Below are positions 14,401 through 27,600 of a stretch of 64,000 bases of DNA, piece by piece. A program made the translations under genes and the position numbers. Within the stretch, counting starts at the first letter, position 1. Each line of letters opens with the position of its first letter. A model generated the notes under the pieces. The model was not told the DNA's origin. It worked only from the letters and a program-made list of their open reading frames with translations, and did no database searches. This stretch comes from Amphiscolops sp. MND2022 (taxonomy: Eukaryota): contig OZ076409.1 of NCBI GenBank assembly GCA_964187785.1, forward strand, positions 22,756,001 to 22,820,000, in the 5' to 3' direction.

Positions 14401-17400
14401 GCCTTAGATATGACGCCGATTCGGGCCGTTCCCGGCTTGTTAGTATTAGTATTCTACCATTTGAGCTAATTAGCTTTGTTTAAGAATTGGTAATGAAGTA
14501 TGAATAAATATTCGACTTTTGTCTGATTTTCTCATTGGGTTATTGTGATAGAGCGATTGAAATGATGTAACATGTTTGTGAACAAGTACTGGTACCAATT
14601 GGCTAAACTCTGAGATTGCCATGCTTCATTGCGTGAAGCCTTGTTAAAAGAAACAGTTTTACTTATTCTAAATTCATCATCATCAATTTACAATTATTCC
14701 CTCAATTTCCAAATTTGACCTCTTTCAGCTATCGCAGAGCTTATTACTCTGTTAAATTGTGAATGCATCATGAACATCATGGAGTCCATTTCTTGAAAAA
14801 GCCTCCAGTTAATTTCATTTAAAAACGTCTCCATCGCCTCGGGGAACCTTTCCTGTCTAGGAATTGTATTTTCATGTCCAAAATATCTGAATTCAATCTC
14901 TTGAGAAAAACGTCCTGTAAGGTGAGAATAGAACTCAGTGTCATAATGATTTGCTGATCCTATAATTGTATTTGCTAATTCCGTTTCAATAAGGTTGATA
15001 TTTTCACCCGCTATCATTATGTCTAAATTATCCATATCAGACATCACGTCCTTTTTTCGAGACTTCTTTGCTTTTGCTTTCGGTCTCCTTGTTGAAGGCA
15101 TAAGAAATTGTTACAACGGAAGAATTGAAGTGTTTCTGCCTTGGAAATCAAAAGTGGTGTTACAGGTCATTTGTATGATATGATAGAGTTTCAGAATTCA
15201 TCAGCACTCGGGAACTAATTGCCCCGGGTATAAATACCTAAACTCATCATGCGTATAGATAGCTCCGTCTATTTTTAGAAGTAGTGACATCATGTCGCTA
15301 AGAAAAAATTCAAAACAATTGTGTCCCGTAGTTACTACAAAGCGCGGGAAATATATCAGAAAAGTCCTTGAGTGACATATACCTTTACATATAACTCAAC
15401 TAACGAAACATTACATGCAATTTCATACACCATGGCATTAGGCCACAAGGGCAAAAACATACATAACGCATTGAATTGGATTTTGAATTCAGGGTTAGTT
15501 CATCATTTTCGAAGCGCCTGGGGGTTTATTTCCAAAGTGTCCGATCAATTTGAGAGCACATAAGCTACTAATCAACATAATTACAGCACAGTCATTCAAT
15601 CACAAGCAGGACCTGCTCTCCTTTATTTAGCGTCTTTCTAGTATAAATGAAGACCGATAACGGCGCAAAGGCTAATCCGGCCGTGCTAGCGCGTTCAGAA
15701 TAGTACAAGCAATACTAAAATACTACACTGTGATTGGCTGAAAATGAAATTGGACGGCTTGTCCAAGGCGACAGGCAAGAAAACACTTGAACTTATTTCC
15801 TTTGCCTGTACGCTTTGGTGTCCAATTTCTCTAACGTGTCCAATTTCTTTAACGTTATATATACAAACGCAACATTTACTAATAAGAAACTACACGTTTG
15901 ATACTAAAACAAAAACAAATAGTTTTGTTCAGCATAGAAAAGTCTTTTATTTTTAAGGAATGGTATTTGACAGGGCCCGCTGGTAGTTATGACAAATGGA
16001 GTAGATATTCTCATCACAGGCGGCCGCCTGGGTTACTTACCATGATCATGGATAATTGCGCGGAATGGTCAATACATGAATCAAGGATGAACCATGGATG
16101 GAAAGCCATGGCCAATAAGCCAGTGACGTTCGATCGTTCTAAGCATTAGTGAGTAAGCTCGATATAGATCTAGTTTGAATTTTATGAAAAATTCTAAGCA
16201 ACGTGCTTCTAAAATTTTACTAAAACGCATTTGTTTGGAGAGAATTTGCCATTACAGAGATTTATAATTGAAAACTGCCAATGAGTTTTTCTACTTTTAC
16301 GACATTCTCAAGCGTTGCGTTTAAATTGATTAGGCTCAAAAAATGAAGAACCATAAGAGCACTGAGTTGCACGTTTCAAAAACTAAACCAAATGGATATT
16401 CAATTTTGCAATCAACATACTGCAAACAAGCATGTCGGAGCCACGAGAATGCGTTTTTTCGTTGATTCAAAAGCACGCTGAGGAAAGACACATTGGAAAG
16501 GCATAAATTGGGAAGGCTCGAGCGTATCAGAACGTATACCAATAACAACGTTCAAATCTTGCACAAAAGTTTGAAAATCACTTGACCTTTTGCTGATTTC
16601 CCACTTTTTGTTTTGGGCTCTAATAAACATATGCTAAGTAACAATTTGTTTTGTTGCTGAAGTCTGTGGACTATCATGAACATAAACGCATTCCAAAATC
16701 GTTCAAAAACTGCATGAAGTTGAAAAATGTGACATTTTTTGGTTCATTTTATCACCATTTTGGAAAATATAGGGTATTTCATTATAAAAAAGTATGGTAA
16801 GAAGTAATTGTTTTTCGATTCTCTGGATCCCCAAATTAACATTTGGAAATTTTGATTCGAATTTTTCATTCCCAGTAAATGTCAAGAAGACGTACAAAAG
16901 TTGAACAAAATTGACAAAAGTTGAAAACTTTTGCATCTATTTTTCTTGGTCATTTTAGGGCTTTTTTGAGATAATAAAATGTTTCTTTTTTCTGTTAAAA
17001 TGAATGCTACGTAGACAACGGTTTCTTTTACGAACTTTCTGGATGGATATTCACACTCTTATACCCTGGATTCTCAGTTTGAAATAAGAACGAATAGCAA
17101 TAAACAACTGTATTCTAACAAGACCATATGGAGAAAGAGCACCCCGGTAAGCTGAAGCTCGATACGGGCAGCGTACTGGGATAAGTGCTTTGAGCAGCCC
17201 TTAGTTGATTACTCTGTATGAACACTCTGTATAATTTGGCTCACAATAACATTCGAAAAGTTTCCAAAAGCTGCATCAAAATGGTCAAAACTTGGAAACT
17301 CATTACATTTTGAAGCACTTTTTGAAAGCATATTTCCTTGAATGTGTTCTGTGGAGTTGAATTTCTGTGGAACAACCTATATCATTTGGGAACGAAATTG

Positions 17401-18565
17401 AAAGATGGTAAAATTTGAAACAAAAAAGAACGCGCACGCAGCAATGATTTTTTTCCATTTCAAGTAGTTTGAGGCAAATACCCAAAACTTTCGATTTCAT
17501 TGCAAATTTATTGGGCCAAAACTGAATCTTTTATACTTCGGTGATGCGATTCCTTTATTTTATGGATGCTACAGCAATATTAATTGCTGATAACAGATTT
17601 TTGTAAAATTTCATTAAACTTTTTGAGACAATAATGATTTTTAGGTTCGATGAAGCTCTTGTTCATGTGAATCACCATGATTTGACCAACGTTTGTCAAT
17701 TCAAACTTGTCACATGCTTCATTTTTTCACAAAAAACTATACTGTTACGAAGCGCTATGTATGTTTTTTGCCCGCCATTCCTTTTCGTATTCAGACACTC
17801 AGACCATTGATCACTTATTGAACCAAGCGGCACCATATGAATTCTTTTTCCTTCTCATCTGATTTTTTCCTTCTCATTATTAGTGCAATCAATGCACCCA
17901 TAAATAGCGTAAACTGAAGCATTCAAAAATTTTGCGAACCTCGTAGCGGGATGCGGAAAGTTCGTTCAAATGCTTTTTTGCTGATATTTTCAGTGTGTTG
18001 AAATCTGAATTTTGAAAAGGAACTCTTGAACTTCCCAATATGATTACGCAAAACTTGATTACTTTGGACCAAGATAAAACTTTGATTTCCTTCCTCGCCT
18101 CGCTCTCCGCTATTTTTTTTCACTCAATATCCTCATTTTCACTGATGCACCAAACTGTACTACGTCTTTTGAGTGCTTCTTTTGGCATCTTTTGTCATCA
18201 AAAGCTGTTATTTTTCAACTTTTATCTTAGACGGTTCATAATTTCAGGAAGTTTTTGTTTCTGCAGAAATTGCAGAGAACTCTTTATCGTCTTTCTAAAA
18301 GTTTTTTCTATCGTCTTTTGGCTCGTTCCTTTTTGGGTCTATCCCGTCTTCCTACTCTTTTGACTCTGCTGGTTCCATCTGCACTTGAGTTTTCACGTTT
18401 TTCCGCTTTGTTTGTCCGTTTTTGTCTTTCCTTGACCGGTTGCTTCAGTTCTCTTATTGCCACCTTTTGCTTTGCTGCCATTTTTTGATTTCCAGCCAAT
18501 TATGTTGTTTTTTGTCTGCTGCTGTGTTTTGCCGCTTCATTTTGATAGGCTGGTTGATTTGTTTC

Positions 18566-18612
<47 letters not shown>

Positions 18613-21600
18613 CGGCAATTCGCTCTCTTTTGTCCATTCATTCTCTTTATATGACTCTCTCTCGCTTGGCGCTTCCGTTTGTTTTGGTGGCACCTTCTTC
18701 CATTTTGAACAGCTTTGCTGCAGTTCCCCGTGCCCATTATCTCTTTTGGAGATATTCGTCTTCTTCATCCTTCCTGCTGGCAAGACTGTGATCGAATGGT
18801 TGCATTGTTTTAGCAACACTACTTTCCTCTTCTGATACGTCCCCCGTTTCGATCCTCTCAATCTTTCTCTGACTAGGATGGTTCAATATTGTCCCGATTC
18901 GCAATCATCAACTGTCGATTTGAACTCCGGTGTTTCTGAAATGGACTTGGGTTTGTTAGTTAGAATTCTTTTAATTGTATTCGGTTCTTTGCCAGTATAA
19001 GGCTCGTATGGTGACTGGTTTCAAGCAGATGGATTCAGTCTTAGCGCGAATAATGGTTTCCGATAATCCTGAGTTATCTTTACGAACTATAATTCCTTTA
19101 CTTGCTCTCAGTCTTTCGCTTACTGTGCGAATTAGTCTTGCTGCTATCTCATTGCCTTTATGATCACAGATTTGGCATTCTACGTGCTTTATGTATTTTT
19201 TCCCACAGAATTCTTTAAAGCGCATACTTCTAAATTTGGTAGTCGGGTCGTATTCCATGAATAGCTTTGTATTCTTTCAAAAAGACTATTACTCGTACCG
19301 TTTCTGGTTTTGTTAATAATTTTGCTTGGGGCCATCCGTTAAAATGATATATTGACTCAATTAAATACTTATTCACTTTACTTGCATTCTGGAACAGACC
19401 GTCAAAATCGATTGTAATTTCATAATTATCCTCTACGCATTTGGACACTTTGTTTTTGATTCTGTCTAAGAAGTAGTTTGATGTTATTACCTGATACTTT
19501 ACACTGTTTGCTAGCTTTTGCGATTCCGACTATATCTCTGTGAAAACGTGGCCAACAGACGTTGGAGACTGTGGCAAGCATACTATATCACCCGGGATGT
19601 CCGTAGTGCAAACTTCTCATGATATTGGGACGTAATAGATTCGGAATGACCAGTCCTTTGTCCATGAAAAGGTAATCTTTGCTCTCTAGACAGAAGCATT
19701 TAATTGTTCTCTCCACTGTTACATAATTCCCAAAACATTATTTGACCCATGTAATGGCCTGTAGTTGTAATCCTTTGTTGGTAATTCCTGTTCAAAGGTT
19801 GCTGGAAAACTCGACGCCAAGTGGACTGCTCTCCAACCTTGTTCTGTTTTCTGCTGCAGTACGGTCCCTAATCATTCTCGACTGGCATCACTTACAATTC
19901 TCATCAGTTGGTTTTTCTTGAAAGAAGTATTATATTTCCGTAGTTTGTTGTGTTGCCATCTTTTTTCTTAGAAAACCGTTTTTTCTCTGTCCACTCCCAT
20001 TCCTTTTTTAAATAGTGCTTCGTAGTGGTCGTAACGATGCCCTAGGTTGTGCTAAGTTTGCAAGCAATCTCTTCAACTGATTTATTGCTCCCATGAACAA
20101 CCGAACTTCCTTTAGGCTCGCTGGTTTCAACCTGTCAGTGATTGCTTGAGATGTTTCATCGATTGGTCTCATTCAGTTCCAGACAATATGAAATCCAACC
20201 ACTCCGTGCTTGTTTGTGTTAGTTAACCTTCGTCTAATTCAAAAATAAACACGCTTCATCCAGTACTTCTTCTATTTTGCTCTTGTGATCTTTGTTACCT
20301 TTCGGTACTATCAGAATGTCGTCAATGATGCCGAATGTTTCTGAACGTTAAGAAGTGTGTTATCCACTATTTTACCGAATTTTGACGGCATTATAATCAG
20401 CCAGTAAAACAAAGTCATGAACCCATACGATCCTGTTGCTTTTCCTCCGAAGATTTAGAAGTTACCATGTCGGGCGGTTTCCAGGAGAATCTCAGTCTGT
20501 CTATATGCGTATAGCATATCTAGTGATTTGAACCTCACTGTTCCGTCTTTCCACTAGGTTCTCCAAGTTGGGATTCTGGTATTTCTCCTTTTGGAGAGCA
20601 TTGTTGATCGATCTGGCATCTAGTGCTTTTTTGACGAGTTTGTCTCGTTTGACATTTATTACTACTGGCTGTATGTATGTATACTTCGTCAGCAATTTTC
20701 TCCATTCGATGCTTGTGGCCCTTTTCTAAATACTTTTCTGTCTCTTTCTCCACAACTCCTTGGAGTTGCAACGGCACTCTTCTTCCATTCTGTTAGTTAT
20801 ATCTGCGTTTGTTCAAAACCTATTTTTGTATGTCCCTTATTTCGTCCATTCTGGTAAACAGCTAGGGAATTTTTTTTGAGTTTCCAACTGTTATTGTTTT
20901 CATTTGACCAACAACATTATTATACTCACCAATGGAATTTGCTTCACCATCATGATAGTTTAGTTGCCCCAATCAATCTCTTCCAATCATTGATCTTTTT
21001 TAATTTTGTGTGATAATGACTCTTGTATTTATCATTTCACGTTTTCCCACTTGAACTTCTACATTATTAAATCCTACTAAATTTAGTAATTGTTGTAATC
21101 CACATAGTTTTCAGTCTTAGGCATTGGTCTGGAAAATATCACAACTGTCTTCAAAAGTTTCTGCAAATCAGCGCGTGTAAACATTGATATGGGTGAGCTA
21201 GAGTCGATCATTGTGAAACAACGGTTACTTATTTATTTTTCCATTCAATACAAATGGTGGATTTCCTTTATGACCTTCTAGATGAAGCACCATATTGTCT
21301 TCTTGCTTCCTGCTGCGTTCTTCTGATTGGTCGTCCTCTCGAGGAGGTTGAATCTCCCAAATCTAGCTTGATGGTTGCTTCACTGAAGACTCTTACGTCT
21401 TCTTTGGCTTCTTGCACTTTCGTGCGAAATGGCCAATAAACGCACATTTCCTACATCTTTCGTAATCTGCCTTGCATTCCGCTAAATGACTATTTGTAAA
21501 TTCCAGGCCACTTCTTGTGCACGGGTTTTTCCGCTCGTTCACAAGGAAGATTTTATTTCTTTGTAGGCATTTTTCCTTTGTTATGTTTTCTGCTGATTAA

Positions 21601-24600
21601 TTCTCTCTTCATATGCGACTGCAAAGCGAAGGGCATCTTGTGGGTCCTCTTTCGGTTCAGTGCATAATCTTTCCTGCACGGTTTTGTTGTTCATATTCTG
21701 TATGAACGTATTCATTACTACGTTCTACGTCTGTTCGCAAAACTAGCATTTGGAACCAATCCCGTTAAAGTATGCCGAAATTGCCTGTGCGTCTCCTTTT
21801 CTTTTTGTTTTCGTGAAAAGAACTTGAATCTTTCCAGTGCTCTTTTTTCCTCAGTTTGCTGAATGCTTCATCACAACTTGTCCGATGTTCGCGTAATGTC
21901 ACGGCCGCCACTCTCATAAGTGAAAACTTGTTCGTAACACTCTTCGTGAAAGCTGTTCTTAACGATAGAAGAAGGTTTCGAACCACTTTTCTGTCTGCAG
22001 CTTGTTCGTTGAGATTGTTTATTAGGGCCAGATTTCTCGATGCTTGTTCCGTGGCTGTTCTCAACAACTCATTCAGTGATGAGTATTTTGCACTTACTGC
22101 AACTGTGAAGAGGTTCCACCACTTCTGTCAATCTATTTTAGGTGCTGTGTCCGCCGAAACTCTGTATGCTGGCAATCCCGACACCGCTGACGCTCTTCCG
22201 AACTTTGCAACTTCTCCACTGCTTGCTGAATCTCGCAGCGCCATGTTGTAGGTGAAGGCTTCGCGTAACTTTCAATGAAAACAAATTATCGATTGATGCT
22301 ACTGAATTTCAGTGTAAGACCATATGGTAATTGTTTTTTTCTTTTGCTTCCTTTTCTACTGTTGTGTTAGTAACAACCTGCCATTGTGACACAACTTAGT
22401 GAGGTTATTATGTAAGGTGACCGCTTGCGCTGTCACAATATATCTAGTTTTGTTTGCATGAATCAAAATTATGTCGAAAGCGGAGCAAAAGCAATTTCAA
22501 GAGAAATCAAGAATATTTTACTTAGAAGCAAACCAGATCTTTGAATGCCATTGTCGTAAGCACGAGAGTTTGTGGATGTAGTTGGACCGTCTTTCTGACA
22601 GTCCATAAATGGCTTACTTCTCGAGTTATCTCTGGAATCTGAGTTTCGCAGAACTTCGGAATATCCTTCCGGTCTCTCGGCCGGAACGTTCCATCTTTCT
22701 CTGGTCAAATGTCCCGATCCGGCCACAATGGCATTTTGAATCTGGGGTAAAACTTGATTGCTAATTGCATCATTTATGGCTCTCTGTATCTGAACACTGA
22801 CACTATTCATCATCTCGTCCATCTCTCTAGATATTCGGGAATTCAATTCACTCGACAGTCTATTTATCTCAGCACTAGAATTACCTCCAGCAGAGTTTTG
22901 GCCGTAATCGGCATTTGGACTAAGTCCGTCATTTCTTGAATTTAAGTACCTGTTTTCATCATTATTTTCAAATTGATCACCAAAAGTACTTTCAGGTCTT
23001 CTGGTTTGATTACTACTAAGGCTTTCATCTCTCTCATTTCTACTGAAATGGTTTTCTCCGAGCATCATATCTACATTTTCAATGTCCGAAATTATCTCAA
23101 CTCCTCTAGATTTTCTGGTTTTCTTCTGCTTTCTTGTAGGCATTAGAAAGAAAGTCCGAGGTAAAACAGTGAATTAGGTTTTATTCGGAAAATAGGATTT
23201 TGTACGTTGTATCGTAAACAGGTATATCAAACTAAACTTGGAGAAGCAAAATACAATTGTGTCCCTCTCGGAAAAATACCAATATATATACCCCTGAGAG
23301 GGTGACACTCACATTCCTTGCATGACAATCTATTTACAAATTCCATAAAGGGCACATGACCATGGCGGGTGACCACTAACATTCATTCATTTTTAGCGGC
23401 GTCAACTGCATCAAAGCACTTAGGAATTTGTCCCGTTAGGGCCAAAGGGAATTCATACCTAATTCATTCGCAGCAAAATCATTTAAAGTTTACATAAAAT
23501 ATGGAATGCACTCAAATGCATTTTCTAACTGCAAATACTATCATCAAAGGGGAGCGGAGGAATTTAGCCTTATTATATTAGGCAAACAACACTTTGACCA
23601 AACATCAAAACTAATACTTTCAAATTGTTTACAGTGAGAGGAATGTAAACTATTTAGCGGCACGTGCCTACACACGTGCGTAGAATCAACAAAACAAAGA
23701 CACAGTTTCATGCAATAGAAATGAACATAATATAGCAATATGGCCTAATACGGCCATTGGACTTGGGAGCTGGCCAATAGTGAAGGCCGGAATAGGACAG
23801 GTGACGGGTATTCGGATTGCTACTACTGGTCGTTATTATTGCACTAATTGGATTTAAAAAGCTCATTAACATCTTCAAGTATATAAATATAATCTTACAT
23901 GACTGTAAAACAAACTCATTCATGCTTAAAAGCATCTCTAATAATAATAAGCAAAATGGCCTAAACCGGCCATTTGCCTTTTGTCCTGCATTACCAATCT
24001 AATATAACGTCAAGTGGCCATATACGGCCAATCAATTAAAAATGTGTACAGCGCTTTACACAATCTGGCCTGAATAGGCTAATTGCCTCGTATTAAGTAA
24101 ACATTATTAAAATACTGGTCAAACGGCCTTAACCGTCTGAAAGAGCTAAGTCTGTGGTGTAGTTAGTTAATACTGCACTAGAGGGGTTATTCAGCCTAAG
24201 AGTACAAGCACATGAATCCTGGTTAATAATTAGCATCACAATTGCGCTTTTTGTGAAATGGCCGGAACCGGCCGTCTGACTGGATATTTATTAAAAGTAG
24301 CGAAGCTATGTCCACAGGCCTTATTCGGCCATTAATGAATGGAAGTATTAACTGCGTAGCAAATGGAGTAATTTGATTGGACAAGGCCGCGTGCTCAAGT
24401 GACGTATCTGGTACGGGATTTTATCAATAGCAACTATAATTAAAACAATTACCAACACTTCTTCTAACACTTTTAATCATGGCATCTGACGTATTAAGAC
24501 AACTTCAAGTACTTTCCAAGAAAATACACAGCACTACTGATTAAATAGCACAGATTACTTGATAAAAGCTAAATAGGCCGGAACCGGCCATTGGACCAGC

Positions 24601-27600
24601 GTTCACGAGCATAGTAGTTAGATTAAGGCAAGCGGCCATAACCGGCCAAATAATGTATTGCTGAGAGATAATGCTAATACTAGCTATACTGCACTGTGAT
24701 TGGTTAATTTGCAGGAGGCAGCCTGCGACACTGCGGGTGGAATAAATAAAAACGACCCTGCATTCAGTCTTTTCAAATAAGCTTCCTTCATCATTGCTGT
24801 GACCTAGGCCGGCTCACCTCTTGGAGTGACCGGGCACGAAACTGTCTTTGATTTCGTTCAAGTATTGTACACCCTTGGTACCATCGATTAGGAAGTTGGG
24901 TCCGGATGTGTCAGGTCCAAAGGCCCAGATCTTTCGCAGGTCATCGGGTCCCCATTGTGCTTCTACCAATTCAGCTTCATTATCGTCTCCTTTCACGAAA
25001 GTCTCGTATATAAATCGAGTTCTGGCCTTGGCTTCGTCACTGGCCTTAACGTCACCAAGGTCAATCTTTTCAGCGAGTCCTTCCAGGAAAGGATCTGCGG
25101 TAACGAATAATCGGTTGTGCTTGTTGGGAGACTTGCTGAGAGCAGGCTCTTTTCCCGATGAGATGACAGTTTCTCTGAAGGACACGACGGGGTCTTTCTT
25201 GATGATGGGAATACAAGCGTGGTCCTCCTCCAAATCTTTCAAACAGATCTCCAAGTGCAATTCTCCGGCACCTGCCACCTAATTTGCCAGAACGCGAAGT
25301 TGCTTCCACCTCTGGAGCCAGCTGACATGCCCTCTTTTCCCAAGTCGGCCTTGATGAGTTTGCCATCGTATGTATAGACAGCCCACTTATTGGATACCTT
25401 CAGAGTTGGCGAGTGAGTTCCCAGAAGAAGTCTCTCGCCACAAGGAGACCATTCGAAGCATGTGATATCTTGGAAATCGACGATCTTCGCAATCAAACTG
25501 AACGTGGGTCGATACCAGATTTCTACGTTACTTCTCACTCCTCCGTGGCCGTAGAGCGCCAGCAAGTGGCCCTGAGGCGAAAAGCTACACGCGGTTCGCA
25601 GCCCAGTCCCGAAGTCATACACAGAAGAACATTTCGAGTTGAACAAGGACGCTTTTGAAGGCATGTGTCCATAAGTAACACAGAATTCGCTGACGTTTGG
25701 ATCCCAGCAAATATTGTAGATTGGACCCTTCTTGTTGAGTTCCACAATACTCGAGGAGCCCTCTGTCGAAATGTAAAAGAGCATGGTCTCTCCATAGTAG
25801 GCCTGTCCCGATTGATCCACCTCAGTCATGGACTTGATTATCAACCCATTTCCTGGATTGTTCCAATGCAGGGTCGCTTTATCAGCTTTGAAGAAGCTCT
25901 TCGAAGAAAGTGCCGAGTACTGGTCCAGGTCGGGAAATCTCAGAATCTTCACAACTGAAGGCGTTCCCTTTTTAGATCCGGCCACGTAAATGGCAACATG
26001 ATAGGGCTCTTTAGGTAACATTTCAACAACAGTCAGCCCTGGGATATTCAACTTGTACTTCGGGGTGCTGAAGTCACCATCGACATAGAAAACAGCTGTT
26101 TCCTTCAGAAGTTTGCAACAAACTTTCTCATCGTCAGAAAACTGAGGTCGCCAGTTCTCGAAAGATCCTTGTGTGAAGGTTGCAACAACATCTTGTCCCA
26201 AGAAGGAGAAAATGCAAATATTGTTCTGACTTTTATTGGCATTGCTAAAAGGTTCGAATGTGGAGATGTATGTATTTTTCGGAGAAAATTCAATACTGAT
26301 CACTCGAGACTTTGGATGCTTGAAGACAACTTGCAAGTTTGATGCATTAAAAACCATGAGGTTTTCAGCATCGCACCATGCGAAAAAATTACCACAACTG
26401 CTCCAACTGAATACCTGGTTGACTGAACGCTGAGTGGCTTTCGCATCAATTTGACGAGGCGAATAAGCTGTAGGCCCACTGGTTGGATAGAGGAGAAAGC
26501 CTTCGTTGCCTCCGACACAGAGATGAGGCAACGATGCACCTTCACTATCACCACCTTGCTGGCTGGTCATTTTATTTCTTTGCTAACCTTCGACTAAATG
26601 ATTGCTCTCAGAGTTGCGTGCTCAGAATTTACCTCAGAAATATCAAAATTTGATTGAAAATCTGAAAATCGAGTACGTCAGAGCTGGGTTTCTTTAAAAT
26701 CAAGTATCAAATCAAAACAGCGAACACTAAAGTAAGTGGGAAGCACTATCAATGACAGTAGAAGCAAATTTTTGATTGACAAAGGTTTCATCACAGGCGA
26801 ACACAATTCTGTTTTCTGAATCCATTGACGTAGGGTACACGGACTTTTTCCACATGTTGCAATCTATTTAATAAGTTTATCACAACAATTACAATTAGGC
26901 TTTCGATAAAAGGGAAATTGGAAAGTAAAATGGCGAAAATAATAACTAAAATAATCCAGAATGCGGAAATTCTAACTAAATGGTAATAAGGGCAACGGAA
27001 CAAAACGGCAAAACGGAACAAGGTAAATGGCCATAATCGGCTTCTAACTAACTGATTTGTAAATAATGAGCAATCTTCTGTACATTTCGCTGGCAGACTC
27101 CATGCACAGTTTTAAATTCGTAAATAGCCATAAAATATTAACCCGGTAATCTCTTCAGCCACGAACTCCAACTTTTCAATTTTGATTATCATTATTCTAA
27201 TTCCTTTTTTATTTGGATTTTTGTTCATTTGAATTCATCTTTACGACGTCCATCTCTCTCCGACTTCAACTTTGTTGCTGACTACATTTTCCTCGGAGTA
27301 TTCCGGAGCATCTTCCTCTTTTCAGCCGAGCTCGGCCACTTTCCCCAACTTCACCAGCCGAATGAGGACGGTTACCCAGAAGGAGTTTCCATCACTGCAG
27401 GATGTCTTCAAACACAAGTTGATCTGGATTTTTATTTTGAACTAATTTAACTTGATCAGGGTTAAAATTTGTTCACAAAATGCTTCCTGCTTCCATCACT
27501 AAACACGTGATAACACGTTTCATTCAAATTTTTAGAACACTTTCGAAAGGTTTCTGACGCGGCAAAATGGATTTCTTTCAAGGAAGCTAACCGCCAAATT

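Noticed and set aside
18040..18861. Cluster of overlapping ORFs with ER/SL repeats
   Set aside because: Produced by the (CT)n microsatellite and the biased composition of decayed retroelement sequence.
22469..23143. 224-aa ORF as an independent gene
   Set aside because: It is the LTR-borne copy of the gag N-terminus running into flanking DNA.
24814..26570. eIF2A and eEF2 as ordinary adjacent host genes or as one in-frame fusion protein
   Set aside because: Both are truncated, intronless, overlapping in different frames and enclosed by LTRs with a TSD; the eEF2 part has no ATG.
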